Assembly: GCA_013297765.1 (NCBI GenBank)
Contig: JAAFID010000001.1
Location: 1-63,111 of the forward strand
Origin: Cytophagales bacterium
Lineage (GTDB): Bacteria; Bacteroidota; Bacteroidia; Cytophagales; Cytophagaceae
Length of the DNA stretch: 63,111 nucleotides
Direction: 5' to 3'
Below, one piece after another: positions 49,102 to 55,943 of this stretch. The notes below the pieces were generated by a model. The model did not search any database. It was not told the DNA's origin and saw only the letters and a list, made by a program, of their open reading frames with translations. A program made the translations under genes and the position numbers. Within the stretch, counting starts at the first letter, position 1. Every line of letters begins with the position of its first letter.

Positions 49102-49686
49102 ATGAAAACTGTAAAATCGCTTATTTATGTATTGTCATTTGGGTCTATGCTTTTCCTTTCATCTTGCGGCTACAACGGTGGCGTGGAAAGAGATGAGAAG
49201 GTTAGTGCAGCCTGGGGTCAAGTGCAGAACGTGTACCAACGTAGGGCCGATTTGATTCCTAACTTAGTAAGCACTGTAAAAGGATACGCTACACAAGAGA
49301 AAGAAGTATTGGTAGGTGTGATAGAGGCTAGAGCCAAGGCTACATCGGTAAATATTGATGCAAGCAAATTAACGCCTGAGAATGTAAAACAATTTCAAGA
49401 TGCTCAATCGGGCTTGTCTGGTGCATTGTCAAAGTTGATGATGGTAACTGAAAACTATCCTGAATTGAAATCAAACCAAAACTTTTTGGAATTGCAATCG
49501 CAATTAGAAGGTACTGAAAACCGCATTACTGTAGAGCGTCGCAACTTTAATGAAGCGGTACAAGACTACAATACTTTTGGCAGATCATTCCCTAACAGTA
49601 TGTTTTCTAGCATGTGGGATTTTAAAAAGAAAGGTTATTTTGAGGCAGATGCTGCTTCGCAAAAAGCACCTACTGTAAAATTTTAG
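49102..49686 (+). CDS. lemA: LemA family protein
   Basis: 194 aa. Lipoprotein-like N-terminus (LSSCGY) and the LemA pattern AWGQVQNVYQRRADLIPNLV...ENRITVERRNFNEAVQDYN. Confidence 0.9.
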   Translation: MKTVKSLIYVLSFGSMLFLSSCGYNGGVERDEKVSAAWGQVQNVYQRRADLIPNLVSTVKGYATQEKEVLVGVIEARAKATSVNIDASKLTPENVKQFQDAQSGLSGALSKLMMVTENYPELKSNQNFLELQSQLEGTENRITVERRNFNEAVQDYNTFGRSFPNSMFSSMWDFKKKGYFEADAASQKAPTVKF

Positions 49687-49695
49687 TTTATTATT

Positions 49696-49745
49696 GCCAC
49701 CGCCTATTTGATTGGTCTAGCACCTCAAATTGGCGGTGGCTTTTT
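49696..49745 (+). terminator. GC-rich inverted repeat plus T-run between lemA and the TPM genes (possible attenuator)
   Basis: GCCACCGCC-N27-GGCGGTGGC followed by T5. The long loop makes this a weaker terminator call. Confidence 0.4.
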
Positions 49746-49765
49746 ATATTTTAACTAATTCCATC

Positions 49766-50209
49766 ATGGCAAAAGATTTCTTTTCTAAAGTCGAGCAAGA
49801 GCAAATAGTAAACAGCATCAAAGCCGCCGAAAAAAACACTTCGGGCGAGGTGCAAGTTCATGTAGAGGAATATTGCAAGCCAGCACCTATGGAACGGGCA
49901 AAGGAGGTATTTGCAATGATAGGAATGCACAAAACAGCATTGCAAAACGGGGTACTATTTTACCTTGCGGTGAAGGACAAAAAATTTGCCATACTGGGCG
50001 ATGCTGGCATAGACAAAGCCGTACCTACCGATTTTTGGGACAGCATAAAAAATCAAATGACTGTGCAGTTTAAAAATGGACATATTGCGGCTGGACTGTG
50101 CGAGGGAATATTGGCCGCAGGCGAGCAGCTAAAAGCCCATTTCCCTTATCAAAACGACGATACCAATGAACTTCCAGATGAAATTTCATTTGGCAAAACA
50201 GAAAATTAG
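49766..50209 (+). CDS. TPM domain-containing protein (cytoplasmic type)
   Basis: ATG at 49766 (MAKDFFSK...). TPM/TLP18.3-like pattern SGEVQVHVE..., VLFYLAVKDKKFAILGDAGI. Confidence 0.75.
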   Translation: MAKDFFSKVEQEQIVNSIKAAEKNTSGEVQVHVEEYCKPAPMERAKEVFAMIGMHKTALQNGVLFYLAVKDKKFAILGDAGIDKAVPTDFWDSIKNQMTVQFKNGHIAAGLCEGILAAGEQLKAHFPYQNDDTNELPDEISFGKTEN

Positions 50210-50228
50210 TTCCCTTACCTCGGCTTCT

Positions 50229-51026
50229 ATGAACCCTACCTATATTAAAAAAAATTTCAAATATTGCTCTTCAATGCTTTTGCCACTTTTGCTGGTAACG
50301 CAGTTGCTTTTCGCTCAAGAATTCCCTGAGCGACCCAATCCACCAAGGTTAGTAAACGATTTGGCAAATATTCTTTCGGAAGAAGAGAATTATGCCTTAG
50401 AAAAAAAGCTGAACGATTACAGCGACAGCACCTCGACCCAAATTGCGGTAGTGACCATGAAATCGACAGGCGATTATGAAATAAAAGATTATGCCCAACG
50501 CCTTGCACAGCAATGGGGAATAGGGCAAAAGGATAAGAATAATGGAATAATTTTGTTGGTGGCTATCGAAGACCGCAAAATGACTATCCAAACGGGCTAT
50601 GGAATGGAGGGTTCGGTGACCGATGCTGGAACGAAAAACATTATAGAAACCAAAATCAAACCATATTTTAAAGAACAAAATTATTACGCAGGGCTAGATG
50701 CGGGAACTACCGCCATTATTCAATTAGCCAAGGGGGAATACAAAGCAGACCCAAAGGTGAAGAAAAAGGGAATGCCCAAGCAATTGATTATTTTGATTGT
50801 TTTGGTCATTATCATTGTCATCATTAATGCAATACGTGGCGGTGGTAAAGGTGGTGGCAGGTCAGGAGGGTTTTCTTCTGGTGGGTTTGTAGAAGGTGCA
50901 TTATTAGGTAGCCTTTTGGGCGGGGGCGGCAGAGGCGGCAGTTGGGGTGGCGGCTCTGGAGGTGGCGGTTTTGGTGGCTTTGGCGGCGGTGGCTTTGGCG
51001 GCGGCGGCTCTAGTGGCGATTGGTAG
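50229..51026 (+). CDS. TPM domain-containing protein (YgcG-like) with TM helix and Gly-rich tail
   Basis: The ATG at 50229 gives a signal sequence ending LLFAQ. TPM domain (STQIAVVTM..., GIILLVAIEDRKMTIQTGYG), then TM helix LIILIVLVIIIVIINAI, then a tail of GGGxGG repeats. Confidence 0.75.
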   Translation: MNPTYIKKNFKYCSSMLLPLLLVTQLLFAQEFPERPNPPRLVNDLANILSEEENYALEKKLNDYSDSTSTQIAVVTMKSTGDYEIKDYAQRLAQQWGIGQKDKNNGIILLVAIEDRKMTIQTGYGMEGSVTDAGTKNIIETKIKPYFKEQNYYAGLDAGTTAIIQLAKGEYKADPKVKKKGMPKQLIILIVLVIIIVIINAIRGGGKGGGRSGGFSSGGFVEGALLGSLLGGGGRGGSWGGGSGGGGFGGFGGGGFGGGGSSGDW

Positions 51027-51057
51027 ATGTTTTGAGTTATAAGTTAAGCCTTAAATT

Positions 51058-51414
51058 ATGAAAAAAGTGTTCTTTTTATTGCTGGTGGTAATGTCTTTCA
51101 CTGCAATTACAGTCTCAGCCCAACTGATTAAAACTACATTACAAGTTACTGTTCGTAATGGCTTGGGCAACCTAGAGCAAGGAGCAAAAGTGACTTTGTA
51201 TAAGACGAAAGAAGATTACGAAAAATCCATTAACCCAGCAACAGCAATAATAGAAACCGATAAAGCTGGCAAAGCTATTTTTAAAAACATAGAGGCCATT
51301 GCTTACTATATTTTGGTAGAAAAAGGCGACCAAAATAATAACGGAGCTGGAGAAAAGATAGAAAAGCTAGAAGCCAATAAAATCAATAAAGTAACGGTGG
51401 TGATAAGTGATTAG
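51058..51414 (+). CDS. small secreted protein, carboxypeptidase-regulatory-like beta-sandwich
   Basis: 118 aa. Signal peptide ending VSAQ. The pattern VTVRNGLGN.EQGAKVTLY....TDKAGKAIFKNI resembles a prealbumin-like fold. Confidence 0.45.
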   Translation: MKKVFFLLLVVMSFTAITVSAQLIKTTLQVTVRNGLGNLEQGAKVTLYKTKEDYEKSINPATAIIETDKAGKAIFKNIEAIAYYILVEKGDQNNNGAGEKIEKLEANKINKVTVVISD

Positions 51415-51586
51415 GGGGGAAGAGGGAATAAATTGGGGGAAATTAATCTAACAAATCACCATTCAACCTTTTTTTGCATTTAATGCCGTTACCACTATTT
51501 TACCAGTTTTAGCCTACAATTCTTTCATTGCTATTTGGGGAATATTGCCACCTTGTGCAGCTATATTTTTGCTTGTTAATTTTTGT

Positions 51587-51706
51587 CACCAAAGGAAAAT
51601 AACGATTTTCTTATTTTCGTTTGGTGCCACTAAAGTAAAATATAGATTTTCTTATTTTACTTTGGGTGCTCCAAAGTAAAATAAAGGTTCTCTTATTTTA
51701 CTTTGG
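51587..51706. repeat. three tandem 41-bp units, each an imperfect or perfect 14-16-bp inverted repeat
   Basis: Unit A: CACCAAAGGAAAATAA-CGATTTTC-TTATTTTCGTTTGGTG. Unit B: CACTAAAGTAAAATA-TAGATTTTCT-TATTTTACTTTGGGTG. Unit C: CCAAAGTAAAATAA-AGGTTCTC-TTATTTTACTTTGG. The core TTATTTT recurs at 51611, 51652 and 51693, an exact 41-bp period. Confidence 0.85.
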
Positions 51707-51759
51707 TTCAAATAGGTTTAAATACGATTCATATATATAAATTCTATTATTTTATCATT

Positions 51760-52026
51760 CTAAAAAAGCTGTTGTGTATCCGCAACATTGGAAAGTGTCA
51801 TTTTGCCGTCTGCTGCAAGCATTTTCCGAACGATACAATTTGTAACGGTTTTGTATTCCTTTTTCTTTAAGCGTTTTTTCATCTCCCTCCAAAAATCTTG
51901 CAGATTAGGGATATCGGTAAGAATAGCTATAACATCAACAATTGATATATTACATTTCTCTTGATCAGCAACTAAGGGCTCATGCCTGAATTTTTCAAAT
52001 AATTGGATGGCATTGGCATGTGTCAT
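51760..52026 (-). CDS. Bro-N-like (phage antirepressor-type) domain fragment, C-terminally truncated
   Basis: 88 aa. SIVDVIAILTDIPNLQDFWREMKKRLKK...KMLAADGKMTLSNVADTQQLF resembles the conserved core of Bro-N family proteins as I remember them. It stops where the family normally continues for about 80 or more aa. Confidence 0.4.
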   Translation of the reverse strand: MTHANAIQLFEKFRHEPLVADQEKCNISIVDVIAILTDIPNLQDFWREMKKRLKKKEYKTVTNCIVRKMLAADGKMTLSNVADTQQLF

Positions 52027-52244
52027 TGATTAGTTAGTGTATTAAATCTATTCTTTATTTATAGCGTTTGAGCTAATTTACATTCACAAAAAACATTGAA
52101 TTGACATATTATTTTACGTTCAATCGCTTATGTCATTTATAGTTAGAAAAATACTACAAGGTTTTATGATGCATATTGTATCCATTCATGTTAACGGTAG
52201 GATTCGCCAGCATTTAACTATTTTATGATTGCAATTTCCTCCAA

Positions 52245-52277
52245 AAAACATCCCCAATTAATAGTTTCTAATTGAGG
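52245..52277 (-). terminator. terminator downstream of the NAMPT-like gene
   Basis: Minus-strand hairpin CCTCAATTA-GAAACTAT-TAATTGGGG (one G-U pair), followed by a U-run (plus-strand A6 at 52243-52248). Confidence 0.5.
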
Positions 52278-52307
52278 TTTTTTGAAGGAAAATGCGCCAC
52301 ATCTTAA

Positions 52308-53768
52308 TTAAGATTTAATTTTATTTAATTGGTTTCTAATCTCAGCCAACGATTGGTCTACCAATAATTTACCATCTCTAAAAACTTCTTTCATTTCGCC
52401 TTGTTGTTCCTGTTCCCACGAGGCTTGATCGATAAGTTTGTAAATTCCGTTTTCGATTTCAATTTTCATTAATCCTTTTGCAGATTTTTTTGTTCCATCG
52501 TCTGTAATTGGGTCTTTAAAAATCTCTCTTCCATTGCCATTTACCTCGCCATAAGTGGCTTTCATGGCAAACCCAAAGGTATCTCTTGTATTGTATTGGT
52601 AAGTGTAAGACCCAATTCCCAAAACTACATTTGTAGATGCAAAACCTTTGTTTTTTAAACGTTCACAAATTTGAGTTGCCCTAGCAACTGTGATGCTGTC
52701 TCCATAGATAGCTCCAATATGTGGATCTAATTCTCTAAATCCTTTCGAATTAGTATGCCCGCCAAAAGTTTGCCAAAGCAATTCAATAACTCCTTTTCTT
52801 TCTGCATCATTTTTACCCTCAGAATTGCCGCAAATAATATCAACTGGGTCGCCGCTATCAGGTCTTATTACAACTTTACCAGCTCTACTCAAAATTTCGT
52901 TTTTCAATTTTGGTAGATATTCGGTAAGCACTTTCCACAAATCCCAAGTGTCTGAAACTATTGAGATTATTCCTTTGGGGTATACTTCACAAACCAACCT
53001 GCGAAAGGTGCCAATTTCATCTTCAATTGTTCCCATACACATGACACTATGTTCGGTGGCTGCAACAGAACCTCCAATCAATTCTTTATCAGAATTTGCA
53101 TTGTAATACTTCTCTAGTAAACTAATTGCGGGAATAGTATCTGTACCGCTAAAACTTAAAAGATGGCCGCTAGCAGAAATCAAACTTGCTTCAATACCAG
53201 CCATTCCTCTCATAGAAAAATCGTGACCTTGCCAATCTACAAATTCAGGAATAGTCGAAGTTTCACCAGCATACCTATCCAATACTTTTCTATATTGCTT
53301 AGCAATAGTTGCAGAGGTGCAAGGCATCCATACCACTGCTGAAACCAATGTTTCAAAATAGTTGGTAAGCCAGAAAAATTCTGGCAAAGTATTATACATC
53401 GTAAACATAGGCACTCTCATAGGTACGCTTACACCTTCAGGAAGAGCCTTAATAACCATAGGAATGTACCCGAGATCATGCAAATCTTCGATATGCTTCG
53501 TCCCAACTTGATTTTCGCCCAAATAATTATTTATTCTACGGCTATATTCAGCTACTACTATTTCTTTAAGTTGTTTAAAGAAATAGGTCTCAAAATCTTC
53601 CAAGATATATTTTTTAATAAAATACTGTAGTCCAAACAATACAACTTCTTCTACACCATCAATTCGACTTTTTCTTGGTGTCCAATTGGAGTATACCAAG
53701 GTAGTTCCTTCTGGATATTGTCTTCTATGGTCTACTTTGTAACCATCGGTTAATAGTAAGGGATTCAT
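52308..53768 (-). CDS. nadV: nicotinamide phosphoribosyltransferase family protein (NadV/NAMPT-like; possibly Namat-like)
   Basis: 486 aa. MNPLLLTDGYKVDHRRQYPEG N-terminus, HDFSMRG (phospho-His context) and VIRPDSGDP align by eye with NAMPT along the full length. Confidence 0.88.
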   Translation of the reverse strand: MNPLLLTDGYKVDHRRQYPEGTTLVYSNWTPRKSRIDGVEEVVLFGLQYFIKKYILEDFETYFFKQLKEIVVAEYSRRINNYLGENQVGTKHIEDLHDLGYIPMVIKALPEGVSVPMRVPMFTMYNTLPEFFWLTNYFETLVSAVVWMPCTSATIAKQYRKVLDRYAGETSTIPEFVDWQGHDFSMRGMAGIEASLISASGHLLSFSGTDTIPAISLLEKYYNANSDKELIGGSVAATEHSVMCMGTIEDEIGTFRRLVCEVYPKGIISIVSDTWDLWKVLTEYLPKLKNEILSRAGKVVIRPDSGDPVDIICGNSEGKNDAERKGVIELLWQTFGGHTNSKGFRELDPHIGAIYGDSITVARATQICERLKNKGFASTNVVLGIGSYTYQYNTRDTFGFAMKATYGEVNGNGREIFKDPITDDGTKKSAKGLMKIEIENGIYKLIDQASWEQEQQGEMKEVFRDGKLLVDQSLAEIRNQLNKIKS

Positions 53769-53770
53769 AT

Positions 53771-54172
53771 TTATATATATTTATGTTTAGATAAAATTTT
53801 AGTGACATTATTTAACTCATCATACACTTGTCTTAATCCAGCCCTATCATCTAAATAGGCATTGGCATAGACTTTTCGACTTGTGGATTTATGAAATGGT
53901 GGATTTTCGTTGATAGCATCAAATGGAATTCTATTTTCTATTAAGTATGTTTTTACAAAATCTAAATCTTCTTGACCTGTCCAACATATTAAATAGCAAT
54001 TAATTGATTTTAATGTTTGTAAAAGGCTAACTACTTCGCTATAGATTCTGCCTTTTTTGTGAAAATCATATACTGTATCGTCGAAATCAAAGGCAATTAC
54101 CAACGAATTGTATTTAATATATTCATCAATTAATCTATTGGTTGAGTTTTCAATATCTAGATAGTAATCCAT
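53771..54172 (-). CDS. minimal HAD-superfamily phosphatase-like protein
   Basis: 133 aa. Motif I FDFDDTV (DxDxT), motif II ICWTG, motif III/IV K..YANAYLDDRA. No cap domain. Overlaps the prs-like gene by 23 nt and ends 2 nt before the nadV-like start. Confidence 0.55.
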   Translation of the reverse strand: MDYYLDIENSTNRLIDEYIKYNSLVIAFDFDDTVYDFHKKGRIYSEVVSLLQTLKSINCYLICWTGQEDLDFVKTYLIENRIPFDAINENPPFHKSTSRKVYANAYLDDRAGLRQVYDELNNVTKILSKHKYI

Positions 54173-54992
54173 TACTTAATTTGATTTGAGTTAAACCATC
54201 GCTTTCCATATTTCTAAAAGAATCCGTTGTAAAAATTCTTTCAAAACATTTCAAATCATCAAAACCTTTACTAAAAATCCCATGACTAACTGCTAAATAT
54301 AATTTTCCGGCATTTTTATTTTTGAGTTCTGTGGCTAGGCCTATAAAAGTGCCACCCCCATCACAGATATCGTCGACTATCAAGCAATCTTTGCCATGTA
54401 AGTCTTCTGAATACACTTTAAACCCCTTTAAGTTTCCAGTCTTCACATCTCTACTTTTGCTACACTCTACTACCTCTATACCACCCAAAGATTCAGAAAC
54501 TTTGTATATTTTTTTCAATGCACCACCATCTGGAGAAACCAATAAAACATCATTTCCTATTTCTTGAACTACTTCCTTAAGGAATGAATGATTGGTAATT
54601 ACCTCACAATTATTTAATACAGCAGCTGTAACTTCCGAATGAGCATCAAATACTATAACCTTTTCAAAATTAAAATTGTTGATAATATCAGCATAGACTT
54701 TTACTGATAAAGGTTCACCCAAAATCATAACTCGGTCTTGCCTAGCAGAAGGGAAATATGGAATAATTAAAACTTTCAATTTAATTTTCATTCTCTGCAA
54801 TGCATCTACTGCTAAACATAGCAAACCTAGATCTTGAAAGGAGTTCAATCTATGTGTGATTGTGACACCCACTGACTTGTCAAAGTTTGGATTTATTTTA
54901 ATGTGAGGCTCGCCCCCTGCAAAGGTGAAATTTTCAAATTGTATTTCTTCGCCAGGTAATGGTTTAAAATTTTTATCTAAATTAAGTATCAT
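54150..54992 (-). CDS. divergent ribose-phosphate pyrophosphokinase family protein (Prs-like; possibly Adps-like)
   Basis: About 280 aa from the ATG at 54992. Has FAGGEPHIKI, IPYFPSARQDR and the PRPP-loop LIVDDICDGGGT. It is shorter than, and divergent from, housekeeping Prs of about 315 aa. Confidence 0.8.
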   Translation of the reverse strand: MILNLDKNFKPLPGEEIQFENFTFAGGEPHIKINPNFDKSVGVTITHRLNSFQDLGLLCLAVDALQRMKIKLKVLIIPYFPSARQDRVMILGEPLSVKVYADIINNFNFEKVIVFDAHSEVTAAVLNNCEVITNHSFLKEVVQEIGNDVLLVSPDGGALKKIYKVSESLGGIEVVECSKSRDVKTGNLKGFKVYSEDLHGKDCLIVDDICDGGGTFIGLATELKNKNAGKLYLAVSHGIFSKGFDDLKCFERIFTTDSFRNMESDGLTQIKLSNGLLSRY

Positions 54993-55020
54993 ATTTTTAC
55001 ATTTAGTGTAATTGTTACGC

Positions 55021-55040
55021 AAAATAAATTAAAATAAATT
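55021..55040. repeat. perfect 10-bp tandem duplication in the nrtR/prs-like spacer
   Basis: AAAATAAATT occurs twice back to back (55021-55030 and 55031-55040). Confidence 0.6.
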
Positions 55041-55065
55041 ATCGAACAAATATTATGTGTATTAT

Positions 55066-55758
55066 TTACGCAAAGTTAATTTCAAATAAAATTCCTTCCT
55101 TAATTAATTTGTTGTATTTCAATTTATTAAATTTATAAAGCTTTGCTGGCCTTCCTTTTATATTATTTCCATACTTGTCAGTTTCCTCAACAATACCAAA
55201 ACTCAATATTTTTTTCCTAAAATTTCTACGGTCAATTTCTTTTTCCAAAATGGTACAATATAGATTTTCAAGTTCAGAAAACAAAAATTCTTTGGGTAGC
55301 AAATCGAATCCAATAGGTTGATAAGTAAGTTTACTTTGAAGTCTATTTAGAGCCATTTTCAGTATAGATTCATGGTCAAAAGCCAGCATGGGTAATTCTT
55401 TAATAGAAAACCATTTCGCTTCTTCAGCATCACTATCTGCTTTTAAATTTAATTTGCTTGAATTGACCAATGCAAAATAAGCCACAGAAACCACCCTAAA
55501 TCTTGGATCTCGCTCAATATCATCTCCAAAAGTATATAGCTGTTCTAAAAAATTTACTTTTATGCCAGCTTCTTCTACCAGCTCTCTATTTACTGCATTA
55601 ATTAACGTTTCATTGTCTTTGACAAATCCACCTACAAGTGCCCACTGATTTTTTAATGTTCCAAACTTCTGTTTAATAAGCAAAACATTTAATCTATTAT
55701 CTGCATAACCAAAAACAATAGCATCAACTGCTATTTTAATATTTTGTTGAAAATCCAT
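55066..55758 (-). CDS. nrtR: NrtR-type Nudix-related transcriptional regulator (Nudix domain plus C-terminal winged helix)
   Basis: 230 aa. Complete Nudix box GFVKDNETLINAVNRELVEEAGI, then a C-terminal domain of about 80 aa (FSELENLYCTILEKEIDRRNFRKKILSFGIV...GRPAKLYKFN) typical of NrtR. Heads a prs/nadV-type operon. Confidence 0.82.
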   Translation of the reverse strand: MDFQQNIKIAVDAIVFGYADNRLNVLLIKQKFGTLKNQWALVGGFVKDNETLINAVNRELVEEAGIKVNFLEQLYTFGDDIERDPRFRVVSVAYFALVNSSKLNLKADSDAEEAKWFSIKELPMLAFDHESILKMALNRLQSKLTYQPIGFDLLPKEFLFSELENLYCTILEKEIDRRNFRKKILSFGIVEETDKYGNNIKGRPAKLYKFNKLKYNKLIKEGILFEINFA

Positions 55759-55943
55759 CCATTATACGTTAGTGAATCAAATACATATTATAACTAATTA
55801 GCTAGATACAACATTTTGAAAGTTTCTAAAAATACATCAAATAATACTAAAAATTATTAATCAAATTTAATGATTAGGAAAAATTTAAAATAATTTTAAC
55901 TCTATGATATTCTTTAATTAACACAACATTATTCACCATCCCC

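Noticed and set aside
50166-50228. The track start for the second TPM gene, overlapping the first TPM gene by 44 nt.
   Set aside because: The internal ATG at 50229 yields a normal signal peptide and removes the overlap. The upstream 21 codons show no conserved features.
51587-51706. Whether the tandem repeats are a small CRISPR array.
   Set aside because: The units are contiguous, with no unique spacers of about 30 bp between them. Each unit is itself a long palindrome. There are only three copies, and no cas genes lie in the window.
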